DNA of 64,000 nt. Origin: Pecten maximus (taxonomy: Eukaryota). The stretch lies in NCBI RefSeq assembly GCF_902652985.1, contig NC_047017.1, positions 26,722,001-26,786,000 on the forward strand, written 5' to 3'. The translations under genes were made by a program, and so were the position numbers. Positions 12,051 to 25,209 of this stretch are shown piece after piece. The notes beneath the pieces are model-generated. The model made no database searches. It saw only the letters and a program-made list of their open reading frames with translations, and was not told where the DNA came from. Position 1 is the first letter of the stretch, and the number at the start of each line of letters is the position of its first letter.

Positions 12051-14454
12051 TTAAACGGAAACCTTTGGGGTTGTTTCCGTCAAATCTCTTTATTTGATCA
12101 GCAACCCTATGGTATTTGATGTCCTTTTTATTTGGCGCATTATGCTCTGTACTTGTTATCGGCGTCCACGCATATTCCTAGAATTAATTTACCTTCTATT
12201 GTATTCTGTATTCGTTGGTTCATCACCACTCTTAAACTGGAACACACTAAAATGGAAATTCCCAAATGAGTCATACAGATTTTCTAGGTTCCTGTGGAAC
12301 TTGCAGAACTTTATCAATTTCTTCAATACTTTTTTTTTCTATGAATGAGAACAAAGCCTATTTCAGCTTTTGCTGTCTTTGACTGAGGTTAAGTTGATGA
12401 TATCGACTTCCTCATTACAATGTCTCTACTTGTGGCTGAATATGCAGCATATATATGTTCCCGATTTGTAGTGTTCTATGAACATATCGTCATATTGCCA
12501 TGCAATATTATTATGAATACATAGAGTTTATGGCATTAACAATTCCAATTCTTCACTATTTATTTTTAATTATTTAGTCAAAACATAGACTGTTTATATA
12601 TTTAATGCTACATATGCTAGCCATCAAAATTGCCATTAAGCAACGAAATAATTGGTGTGGTATTTAAGCAAAACATTAGCCGAAATAATAACTAATTTAT
12701 CTTTCTGCAAGTTGATTTTACGCTTAAACTAATCTAATATTGTTCGAGAATTACACGGCGAAGGATTGATGATAGGCGTCATGTTACCTCTAACATCCCA
12801 ATGGTTTAACCGATCTTAGCAGTCACATTTTCATAGTTCGGATTTCAATAGCAAATTGTGTTTTTGCTTCGATGCGAATCAGTTTTTAAAGTCATTAGTC
12901 TTCGCCACCCAACAAAATCTTAATTCTATCACTAAAATATGGATAGTTTTTTTTTCCTCTTCCAACCTGAAGATGACATAAAATTAGCACTCTTCATTGA
13001 AGAATGAAAACGTCGAGTGAATATGAAAAAAACGGAATATGAATACCCACAAAGAAAATAAAACGGAATTGCTTTCCATTTCAGTTACTAGCATTCGTTA
13101 TATATAAAACACTCATTTTTGGGTTTGAATTGACCGAAAACGCAATGTTTGTAAGCTAGGTCAAGTTAGCCATGGACTCCAGCTATGATTATCTGTCACG
13201 ACAACTAATTATACATATTTTTCTTAGTATACGTAGGTTCGTATTCGTGATTGGACTTCGATAGATTGTTATAGTTGCGTTATTGAAAGGAATTGGCCAA
13301 AGATGGAATATAATCTGTTGGGAAGGTTGGGAGCTCTTGTACAAGAAAAACAGGTAAAAGAAGAAGTATATGAAATGTAAATAATCCGCAATATAAAAGA
13401 CTCTTGAATACACTAATTCAACAAGGGGCTTACGTGTGCATAGAAAAGACAACCACGTATACGCATTTGTAAAAGAAATGCCTTTGTCTCATCACAATTA
13501 CTGGGGTAAAATCCTTGCTGTTGTCAAAACGTGCAAGACACAATCTCATCTACTTGCACAAGCACAAGCACAAACTATGGTGTGTTGCTTCACTTCGTGT
13601 TTGCTCGCCTAATTAGCTACGACATGAGTCCTTTTGCAGAGGTTGTGCTTGAATGACGAGAATCATTAGGTTATAAGATACCTACAAAATTGTCCGAACT
13701 AATCAATAACCTATTCGAAGTGTCGCATATTGTGTCACAGAACCAGTCAGCATTTATCCTTGGCTTTTATATCACTATGCTATATCACAGTTTTGAGTAA
13801 AACTGAAAAAGATAGTACCTGTAATTAGTGTTTTCTCTTTAATATCTTCAACGAGACATGTTTCTATCACTTTTCACTCAAACGTGCAGGCATAACACGA
13901 CTTCTTCTAGACAAGCAAGTGCCATAGTATCTTATCAAATTGATAACAAATATTGATCCAAAGAATGACAAAAGCTCCTATTTCCCAGGAGAAATGTGTA
14001 TTAATCAAGCTGTGTCCCTCAGAGTGACCACGACGCTAATGAATATAACAGTTAAACAGTAGGTTGCTTCATTAAGGCATTAATTGATCTTGATAAAAGA
14101 ATATTTCAAATCACAAAAATAAAATCGGATAGACTACTTGGGATTCCATTTGGGACTCTAAGAATGACCTACACAATTTGGAACTATAACTGTACAAATT
14201 GTTAATTGAGTGTAATAATTCAATTCTCAGACTTCGTTATTTCTGTTGATGATACATGTACATGAAAAATACAAAACCATTGGTTATCTTAATTAATGTC
14301 AATTCCAATTGATTACGATTTATTCATATTATTACCCGATAATGTCTTATGTCTGCATTTTACTTAAACGAAACATTTATATTAGACAATAAACAACCAC
14401 AACAAAGTTTCAGCTTCGTCATTTTTTATTCACTATATCCACAGAGATATGTGA

Positions 14455-17407
14455 TCAGAGGCGAAAGCCAGTAAACATTGATAGATTAGGTAGTATATCA
14501 GAGCCAGCCCCGTGTCCATTCACACGAACCCAAACTACATCTCCGCCCTCCAAATGTACAGTTACTGTTGCAGAGCTAGCAATGGAGAAACCTGTATCCT
14601 GGCCAGTTTGGGCTGATCCTATGACAGCGTTGTTACGTACTAAATCAGTAAAAATGTAATGATGGCCTGCTTCAAATATCGACCAAGAGAAGACGTGAAC
14701 TCCCGGTTGGGTGCAAGTAAAGACGCCGGTGTAAGCATTGTAACTGGCGCCTCCGGTGTTGGTGATGACATGGTCATATATTACTGGATGGTTTGTGGAT
14801 GGGTCGGATATTGTGTGTGTCAGGATAACATGAAATGCCACAACGTCGTTTGACACACCTGGTAAGAAAAGACATATTGTTGCATATGAAACCGGATTAA
14901 GTAAAGCACCAGACAACTCATATTAAAGGGGAAATATTACAATCGCAAACAAGCAGAGCCATGTACAGATGAGAAGGGATTTCAAATAGTAATATTCTGA
15001 ACGATCAATGTTGCATAGGTTCCTGCAAACTTCACTTAATTTTTGCTTCCGTGAAAATATTTGATAATGTCTATTGTTCCTTTCGAGTTTTACGTTAATA
15101 CCAAATTTTTAAAGCAACTCGCAGTATAAGTAATAAAATTAAAAGACATTTTCTCGTGTTTAACAGGTACCCGCCTTAAGTGCGCCTCCTTACGCTAAAC
15201 ATTTTGTCACACAAATCTCTCTTGAAAACAGCTGATTTAGCGCAAGGGAAATGAATAAAATCCATTAGGAAAGAACAATTAATTGGTTAAAGTCATAAGG
15301 TATGATATATTCAGGTGACATTTATGTATGGCCAGTTTTCAGGGAAGCCATTGTCAAGTTGAAAACATGTCTTACAATGATTTGTTTTTACTGTAAATCA
15401 CTTATATTTCGCGTGGGATTTATTTTCGCGTTAATTCGCGAGGAGAGTCAAACGCGAATTCAAATCCCTCGCGAATATTTGTATAAGAATGACAAAAATA
15501 CTAAGTGGCGTCCATTTTGAATCTACCGTTATCTTTAGTGGGTGAGCAAACATCGCCGTTAAAGTCATGATAGAGTGATAGATTATATACTTATATCAGA
15601 GTGTGTTTTTATATCACAAAACACCAAAATTTCACACACAAAAACCCCACTGAACACTGATATTGTGGTTGAGCTCGGACTTAATTAACTTCTAGACGAC
15701 GTTTTACATGTAGTTAATTTAAGTACAATAGGTACGGTCCCGAGGATCCCGGATGGTCATCCGGAATATGTCCTACTTTATTACCCACGCTGTTGTAAGT
15801 TATGTAAGGTTTCATGTATATATAGCACTTCACATCGCTTGATTCTCGACAAGATATTTACCATAACAAAGTTGAAATCAAACAAATTATTTATTTAATT
15901 CAAACATTCAGAGCAAATAATCGCCTGGAGTATAAAATCATTCGCAATAGACTGTCCCGAGAGCTGTTCATCGGTATCACTGTATACACACGTACGTTAA
16001 TTACAATGTACGTTAACTCACAACCTATTGTAGTCCCGTCATCTTCCAGACATTCTTAATGAGCCGTGGGTTTTGTTCAATGTCTGACACCGCCTTTGTA
16101 AGCCATTAGCATGTATACAGGTACGGTAAATACAATTCAGTATGTCCAGACACCGATATCACATGATTGAATCACATGACTTTTCTTGTACCATCACATG
16201 ACTCTCATAAACAAAATGGCTACCAACATGGAAATATCGGCGACCTATTAATATCATTCGCCAATTTAAAGTCATTTTGAGATCAGAATTCGCGAAATTA
16301 TGTATTCGCGAATAAGTCAAATTAGGTGAGTTCGCGAAATATAAGTGATTTACAGTATTATCACAATCGGAATTAAGGAGACATTGACGGCTATTTTCGC
16401 AAGGTCATAAGTATCAAACCTTTCATACTTACCTGCCAATTTTCAATATATAAAAAACGCATTTCTGATGCGATCTTCAGAGTAAAATCAGGTTCATGCG
16501 AGTTTTATAACACGTATTATACATTGCAGTTATATCAATTAAAAAATAACATTTTGAAATTATTTTCGTTGTTTTTCTTTGCTTATAATGCATGGTGTTT
16601 ATTGATTTTAATGTCGATGAGTATTCCGTTTGTAAATATATCCAACAGTAATTTGAATAAACGGATGCATATATTGCAGTTAATTATCAAAATTAAAGCT
16701 GATTACTTGATGTATAAATCAGTTACCATGATCATAAACATTTTATTTATTTTTTCTATTGAAAAGCAAATAGAAATAATCCAATATACTTTTCTTGTGA
16801 TGTGTACATAAATTCAATGTTTGTGAAATCATGTAGTTTCAACCATTTTATCAATATTAGCATCACCTATTTACTTTCGGATAGTCTACGCGCACTCTAG
16901 GTATATGTACTTACCGGTGCGTGTAACTCTTCTGTAACGTCCATACTGGATCCTACTAGAACTGTCACGTGATTCAGGGCTCGATTGACTTACATATGCC
17001 GAACGAGCTTCATCTTTTCTCGTCGTTCCATCAGGTGTTGCACCACTGATGTTGTGATACAGTGCTTCGTCTTTAGCTGGAGTTATGTTGTTCGCAGCCT
17101 GCACATCGTCGTCCCTTTTACGCTCCAATTCCTCTATCCTCCGAGTCAGCATGGAAGTCCTCTCTAAATCGACGATGCGAAAACGTTGTAGTTCTTCTAC
17201 TTTCTGGTTCAGTCGAGAAATTTCGTTGGCATCATTTGAATGCATGTTTTCCAAATCATTCCTTTGTTTTGTGAGCATCGCCAACTGATCAGTAGGAGTG
17301 GTCGTTTGGTGAATGGAAACAGCGTTAACCATTGTGTCTGGAATCATGTACGCAGTAGTTGCAGCCAAAACGCACAACATTCGCATGACTGGTCTGATAA
17401 TTGACAT
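14455..17407 (-). CDS. Intact secreted C1q-domain-containing protein, copy C (exon 1 17407-16915, exon 2 14858-14455; 298 aa; signal peptide + coiled coil + gC1q)
   Basis: Exon 1 is 493 nt (phase 1, GTAAGT donor 16914-16909) and exon 2 is 404 nt (acceptor TTACCAG ending at 14859), giving 897 nt in frame. Signal peptide MSIIRPVMRMLCVLAATTA, heptad region LAMLTKQRNDLE...LTRRIEELER, canonical gC1q motifs, AATAAA at 14430-14425. Confidence 0.92.
15391..16355. mobile_element. Non-autonomous TA-targeting DNA transposon (MITE) in the intron of C1qDC copy C
   Basis: Perfect 23-bp terminal inverted repeats CTGTAAATCACTTATATTTCGCG (15391-15413) / CGCGAAATATAAGTGATTTACAG (16333-16355), flanked by TA on both sides, with repeated subterminal TTCGCG motifs and no transposase ORF. 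Confidence 0.88.
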
Positions 17408-17452
17408 TTCGTTGTCTCGGCAAAAACGCTACCATATCCCAAAGAACATCTC

Positions 17453-17460
17453 CTTTTATA
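17453..17460 (-). promoter_or_regulatory. Putative TATA box of C1qDC copy C
   Basis: TATAAAAG on the minus strand ~45 nt upstream of the ATG at 17407. Confidence 0.55.
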
Positions 17461-19571
17461 GATTGTTTGGTCTAGACCAGACACGTCCATACATTGCGTA
17501 AGATAACGAAGTGGAAGGGGTGATTGTTTCTCAGTCCTCTAGCCTAATGCGGGTCAAAATACCGGATGCAATTTTACTATACATACCCAATACGATAATT
17601 TGAATTGATAACTTGACAATCCAGTGGATAACTATGAGATAGCACAACAGGATACAGTGTGATCCTTGTTTACTAAACTGATATTTTTCTGCATAAATGA
17701 AACGAACTGATAACATTTCAACAGATTTACAGTAAATATAAGTCAATATGATTGGCTCAGGCATAGCCTATCGAAGGGCTCTCCTTACTATGGCATCTAG
17801 TGGTGAAGCATAATAAACACAGAGCTACAATAACATAATGAAAATGGTAAGGGAAGTCACTCTTCATATGTAAGCTTTTTCGGTTTTTTTAGTTTTGCAC
17901 TTTGTCTTTGGATATGATGTGTTACAAATTATAAACATTTCATATACACAACACACAATCCTTTATCGAAATTCCATTACGAAATACTGTCAATAAAACA
18001 TAGATACTCGATAAATGTTTATTAAACTAAGTAAAATCATTGACCAAGGACTAAGTCTGAGTTGTTGTTGGGTTTTATTGGTGTTTTTTTTTTAATGACC
18101 CTTTAAATTACCCATTGGCATTATTGGACAATACCAAGTGGAGGCAATTTATTATCTGCCATAAAAAACACAGTCAACCTAACTTTACGAACAGCCGGTC
18201 AATATGACACGTGAGAACAACTTTTTAGCCATTTAGACAGCATGACAGATAATAATATAGCAAAACAATAAAGTTGGTTGCCAGGGTTGGATATTTTTTT
18301 CCGTGATAATGAAACTATGTGTCGACCTTAGGCTATACACGTGAATATACATTGTATATTATTATTAGACTTGAAAGTGTTCAAAGAGTATGAAAAGCAT
18401 ACACTTACCAGCAATTTCAAACATTTAGTAAAACATTTAACTCAACTACCAGACAGACAATGTGAGCTGATTACGGTGCAAAGACCAGCGACAAATTTTC
18501 GTTCATCTCTTCTCCTTCATGCTAGATAGTCCTTAGATCAGGATATCTACAATATATATTTTGAATATCAATGTCGTTTAATTTTAGATACATGGATTTT
18601 TTCGTCTTAATAATCAAGCGTAATAGTATCTTCAGTAAGTTCAAATGAAGGCCTTTCAAAAGATTGTTCCACATTAACCCATTCAACAAGGTAAAAATGT
18701 ATCCCTCAAAATTGTTTCTTCAATTTCTTCAAAAAAATCACGAAGCTCATTGGTACAACATTTTGACAGAAGAATACTGTGATTAATTAACATAACCAAA
18801 TGTCATCTGAGGTCACAGGAATAGAATCGGGGAGATCATTGAAATGAATAAAGGGGCAAATTGTTTTGGATTTTAACTTCAGAATTGACGTTTTCAATGG
18901 TGACAGTACCCAAATTGGATCATAAAGCAATTGTCTTGATCATTTGTTTAAAATTCAGAAGATAAAGACGACCCATTTATGTTTATGCATCGAAGACGAA
19001 TATCGAATTGTGTTTAAATAAGCAAACACAAAATTGTCACTGAAGCTCAGAAGAATGTTTCATTTATTTATTTATTTTTAATATTTTATTTATTTTTTCA
19101 AATGAACATTTTTTGCTTTGCAAGTATGTCATTATCTGAGAAATAGATTTGGAACAAAAGAATATCTTTTTTTTTTCTTAAGTAAAATAACACTTATAGG
19201 CCTCGCACGTGCCATTTTTTAGCAACATTCAAGACTTATTTATATTATATTCTTGTGTTATCAAACTCTACAGACATAACAGACGTATGTAGACACAAGA
19301 GTTGATTTAACTGTTTTTCTTTCTGCAAAAAAAATATCCAGTTTTGGTAACATACTGGTTTGGGTATGTCGCCTTAAAAAGTGAACTGTAACGGGAGTGG
19401 TTACAATAACTGCAGCCTTTATGATAAGCTCTGCTGCTTAAGCAATTGATCTAATTCCCCATAGTCCATAACGTGTTATAATTACAGTTTCATAGTGCCT
19501 CTACAGATTTATTTGAAGAACCAAATGTTGGGCTGCGACATTATTATTAACTATCATTAACACAGGTATGA

Positions 19572-22100
19572 TCAGATGAGAAATCCGGTAAACATTGATA
19601 GTTAAGGTTGAATATAGGACCAACTTCCGTGTATAGTAACAACCACCCATACCTCATTCCCGACATCCAGCTGTGTCGCAGCTGTTGCAGAGCCGGATAT
19701 AGTGTATTTCGTATCCTGATCAGTTTATTCTACCTGTGTACGTAACAAATCCGTATGAATATACATACCCATGGCCACTTAGAAATATAGACCAAGAGAA
19801 GACATAAACTTCAGCCTTAGAACAAGTAAAGATGCCGATGTTTGTGCTGTAGTGGACGCCTCCAATGATGGGACCGCGGTGGCCGAGTGGTAAAAAGTGT
19901 CCCGACACCAATATATTAAATAGTTTATATTAAGCATATAGCTTTAAAAAATCTTCATATCATACTATACTGTATATCTATTCAGAAAAATACTCAATAT
20001 AGAGGTCTAGTAAAAAAAAAGTAAAGGTAATTTTTATTAAAACGATTGTTATTAATCATCAATATTATTGAATATAGATATGTTTGAAATATTTTTTTAT
20101 TACAACATATACCCTTTATAAGTGGAATTTCATTTTCCTCTGATAATTATAATCCCTAAGTATTTATTTGAGACATTTTTTTCTGAAACGCATGTAGGGA
20201 TTTAATTAAATAAGTCCCGATTTCTGGTTCAGTCAATGTTGCGATGTCATATTCCGAGGAGTTCCGAGAATGAGAAAATGGCGGCTGACAACCATGTGCT
20301 TGCCCTGTCAGATTTGCATACGGTTGTTTTTGTAAGTAAAACAATTATGACAGACATAACTATTGCTTTGTCCCTGTTTTGTTGGTCTTGATAATGATTT
20401 AATTACCACATGACCTGGTTTTGAACATTTATTGTTTCATAACATATGTTGATTTGAAAAAGACGTCTATTGATATGACGTTTGACATTGGATTTGTTTT
20501 AATGGATTTTTGCCCTTTCCGCCGCCCATACATAAAGTCGTTGTGTATAAAAACATCGACCATCTACCTAACTGAGATGCATGACAGTTCTTAAGCAACT
20601 CTGCATATTATGGTATACCATATTAGAAGGGCTTTAACTTGTAGGATGAATTTTCAGACGGTTATACTGTGAAAGACATTTATGCATAATTTCCATATAA
20701 TAAAGTTGGTATAAACAACCCATCATTATCAATAAGGTTTGTAAAGCTTAATGAAGCTACTTAATCAGATGTTGTATCATCAAAGGTGCAGTTTTCCATC
20801 TAAAACTTACGTTGTTTTTTTTTAAAGCGACTGTCACTGTAGGGACTAGGTTATCACTCCTATTTTTACATATTTTTTTTTATATATTTTTATTGCCATC
20901 AGAGGCGTTAGAGTACTCATTAAATGTGTATTTCCTATGATAAATAGTGACATGGAGTAAAGATAAATCGATACATGAGCCTAAACCGTAAAAAATGTGT
21001 TATCAATATATGTAAATGTTTACGATTTCAAAATACTGTTTACCTCGGGTGTACATGGCATACCTCAAGACACTGTTAGATATCTTCTATAGCATTATAC
21101 CATTGATGCAGATTCACTGATGAACTGCCACCTACGGATTCTGTGTATAATGTACTGTTTATTTAGACTGACAGAGCTAAGCCTACTGATTGTTTAATGG
21201 AAATGCAGGTTTTCGTCTTATTTGTGTACTTCACTTAAAAGAGAGATGAACAAGCAATATATATAAACATCTGCTACATCATTTGGTAGACTAGACATTC
21301 CGAGGTGGAATTTTGTCAAAATGCAATAAACCAAGAAACCTAGTTAATATGGAACTGCGTACCAAATACGTTAGACCCATGAGCTCTAGTGTGTTGTTAA
21401 TAGAATGAATAATGTGTATCAACAATAACATGGGATGGCATGATGTTGTTTCACTCGCCGATAGAAAGGTAAATGCGATTTTATATATACATGTTCAAAG
21501 TGTACATATATAAGTAGGAACAAATGCTGTACTATTAATGTTTATTGACGACTAAACATATTTTGCTGTCTTACTAGAAATACTTACCAACATGTGAAAT
21601 TCTTCTGCAAGGTCTAGATTGGAACCTACCCGAATTTCCGCTGGACTTGGAACTAGGACGACTAACATATGTCGACATATTATATTCCTTAGTCGTTATT
21701 TCATCGGATGTTCTTGCAGCATGAGAAGGCAAACTTATGTCATTTGTATTAGAACATGGTCTATTGTTACTTAGATGGAACAGGTATTTGCTTAGATACC
21801 ATGCACTATGTTTTGAGCTTTTCCGCAATGGCGCTCCAGTTCCTCTACTCGTTGTGTAAACATGGTTGTCAAATGAAAGTCATTAACATGTAAACGATAT
21901 ATTTCTTCTACCTGTTTTGTCAACAGGGAATCCTCGTCCAAATCTTTAGAACGCAAATGTTCCAACTTGTCAATCCGTTTGTTCATGATTGATTACTGCT
22001 CAGTAGTAGTGGCCTTTTATTTTCTGCAATCAGCTTCAACTTTCTTGTCTGGCAACATTTGGGCAAATGAAAGTACAAAATAAATGTAATTTTCTTCTAC
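19572..22100 (-). pseudogene. C1qDC copy D (exon 1 ~22100-21588; partial exon 2 19866-19572)
   Basis: Exon 1 reads QMLPDKKVEADCRK*KATTTEQ*SIMNKRIDKLE...MFTQRVEELERHC and frameshifts to ..GRFQSRPCRRISHVG, with GTAAGT at 21587-21582. The exon 2 remnant (GGVHYSTNIGIFTC..VYVFSWSIF...SGSATA..LDVGNEVWV...SMFTGFLI*) is frameshifted and lacks its 5' part. Confidence 0.85.
19870..19908 (+). mobile_element. SINE 5' head fragment (same family as 11821) at the breakpoint of copy D exon 2
   Basis: GGGACCGCGGTGGCCGAGTGGTAAAAAGTGTCCCGACAC matches the first ~40 nt of the SINE at 11821. Confidence 0.75.
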
Positions 22101-22584
22101 TATAGCTGTTACTGTTTCCTGCTGTTCTAAAAGTAAGTAAAATTAAGATGTTTTTTTTTCTAATTATTTTCTGTATAATTTTAAATCATAACATTATCTG
22201 AAATGGACATCCTTACATCCTTGACGAAGCGTTTGGAACCATGCAAAACAGGAAAGTCAGTATCCGCATTCTTATGCGGCAACCAGAAAGTTATGGAGGC
22301 ATGCCTGTGTCCACTGAAAGTATTGGTTATAATTTACAATAATTTACACGCGTAAAACAAACAATATTTATACATTATGACAATGTATTGATTGTCAAGT
22401 ACGGATTAAGATTTATTCTAAGAAAGAAAATCATATTTAAACGGTATGGGAGACACCTACCGACCATTTGGACTTTCCCGGGATATTCCGGTTTCCTTAT
22501 ACCATCTGGGCCAGCAAGAGCGATTAACTTAAGTTGCTATAATTTAGTCTGCCATTGTTGTAAAACAAATAAATTATATAGAGG

Positions 22585-23010
22585 ATATCTAACAGTGTTT
22601 TCAGTAATACCAAATATATTTCACGAGTGTGGCTAATATTTTGATATTTTTCACGAGTGCGCAGCACGAGTGAAAAATATTAAAATATTAGCCACACGAG
22701 TGAAATATATTTGGTATTACTGAAGTCACTGTTAGATATTCTGTTTATTACATTTTTTATCAACGAAAAACCTACCCCGTATGCTAACTAGGCCTACAGC
22801 GATAATTTGTAAACAAAAAAAGTAGTTTTTCCCTGTCCAGGTGCTGACATATATGTCGGGCTTTCTGATTGGTCAATTATTTTGGTATTTTCTAATCATT
22901 AATTTGATTGGTCAAATCAGCAAAAGTGATATTTACATATGATATTTTTCACTAGTGAAAAGTGAAAAATATCACTTTTATAGAATGAATAATTTTTGAT
23001 ATTTCACTGG
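22585..23010. mobile_element. Palindrome-bearing non-autonomous DNA element (76-bp-arm foldback at 22585-22739)
   Basis: Arms 22585-22660 and 22664-22739 are near-perfect reverse complements around a 3-nt loop, with CACGAGTG cores. A second short palindrome ATATTTTTCACTAGTGAAAA lies at ~22942-22961. Confidence 0.7.
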
Positions 23011-24132
23011 TAATCAAAGTACTGGAAGAACTGTAAACGAACATTATTGTTTAATGCAAAATCAGTAATCTTCTAAGTTTAAAGTTTATCAATTTACTGA
23101 TATCGGTTTAGGAATTAATTGCAAATAATTTGAAATGTTTGCAGCTGTTCTGATATGATTGAACACATGCATGTTTCTGTAAGGTCCTAATTGAAATTGG
23201 AAGTTTGTTGATCTATCTTGGATGGATGAAAATAAAATATGTCTTCTTTCTTTCGGGAAGGCATCATCAGTTATAATACAGCCAGGACTCTGTGACCTTA
23301 TTGATGCCAACTTCTAATATGCACTAAATTTAGGCTAGTTTCATCCTTAGTTTAGCATATTTCAACTTAATATGATGAAACACACATAAAGAATTACTGA
23401 AAACCAAAACCAGAGCTGCTAATCAAGGCCCGGATTAGGAATGTATCCTATTGAAACTGTACTCAAGCATGTATGGTACTTCAAAACAAAAAACTTGACT
23501 CCTTTTGTTCAGGAATCATTTGATGTTAATAAATCTTTATATGAGAAGATATACTTCTCGTATAATTACAGTATTGTACACAATGTGATAAAGAATAACA
23601 ACCATATAAAGACTATCTTCATCAAATAATTCAGCACACAGGAAAAGAAAACTTGAGGCTTCATTTTCAACTTCAAAGCTGATAAAGGTTACAGTCCATT
23701 CAATGGGATGACACATTCCCTATTTATTGTCCCTTTCCAATGTTGATTATCCAATCATAGTGAACCACACAGTTCAGCAATGTAATTGCACAAATCACAT
23801 CCTTTATGTGGAGAAAACATTTTTCGGGGTGTTATAAGATTCTATAACTGTATGCAAATTTGTGAATCATTCCATATCTATATGTATATATATACCGTAC
23901 GTGTATATATTTACACATATCAAAATTGGAATGACACGGGAGATTTAAGTTCAAGTTTAAGTTCACCATCAGTCACGGGAGGTTTATGTAAAATGTTATA
24001 TTTACCGGGGTAATTAGTAATGTTGATAATATATTTATGAAGCTCTATTCTGTACTTTCTACCAGTGCTTATATTAGAGAATGGACACAAGTATATGTTC
24101 TCCAATGTCAAAATTAATCATATGTAAAATAT

Positions 24133-25209
24133 TAGGGGTTTATTTGACCGAGACGTATTAAAAATGTTTGTAATCATTCGCCATTCGAGGCCTGATTGCC
24201 GTCATAGTTGAATTACCAAAATGGACCTGAAATCAATATTTTTAAAAGAGAATGATCTGTGACTTGAATATTTCATAAAAATAATTTAATACATCGTTTA
24301 TTCACTTCATTTAGATCTTCAGACACCACATAATTTGTGAAGTCATATATAGAAATATATGAACCATTTTGTTATTGATTGATAGTTCACACAAGTAAGC
24401 ACTAGATGTAAGCAGTAAGTATATGTACCGCTATCTTCTGGCATGGTTTTGAGTACAGTAGACTACACTCGCTTTGTGGATATTGACAGGATAACATATA
24501 TTTACAGTACATACTAATTCAATTTTAGAATTGTAACTGAAATCTTGTAACAGCATGGCACAAATAGTCATCTGAACATTTGTTGTATATTGAAAAAATA
24601 TTAAGGTAAATATTAACTCATTTGCTTGACTTCAATTTTCAGTTTATCAATTCATTGATTACTCCGTGTTTGAAGTATGGTGTAGTGAGATTTTCAAGTC
24701 TTGATCATGACTTGATGAAAATTCTAAATTAACAAATTATTAAAATGAATTTGTTTGAAAAATAACACAGCAAGTTCCACAGCAATATTATATAGAGTAT
24801 CAATTACAATATATCAGAAGTTACAAAACTACAGATTAACGGCTGAATCTCAAATTAAGTGAATATCACAAGTATTTTTGCATTTGTTTTTAGATAATCC
24901 GGATTTCCGTCTTTAAAAAAATTTACCTAGTAGACGTAGTGCATGCCATGTAACAGCTGATTTTAATCAGATTGACTTAACATGAACTTAACACCGTCTC
25001 AGAAGTTCGTCACAATCGAAAATTTGGTCGTGAATTCGGTATTTTGCAAATTATTTCAAAAAATACTTCCAGGTAAATGAAAAAAAATTCTCGTAAAAAT
25101 ATCGATTTTGGGTCCACTATCGGCCATTTCGGTAATTCAACTCTAACGACAATCGGGCCGCGATTCGCAAATGAATAATTAATTTAAAATTCGGTCAAAT
25201 AAACCTCTA
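24133..25209. mobile_element. Non-autonomous DNA transposon with TAG...CTA termini (Academ-like)
   Basis: TAGGGGTTTATTTGACCGA / TCGGTCAAATAAACCTCTA termini (1 mismatch), further imperfect subterminal inverted homology (~24172-24225 vs ~25123-25176), ATAT on both flanks. Confidence 0.75.
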
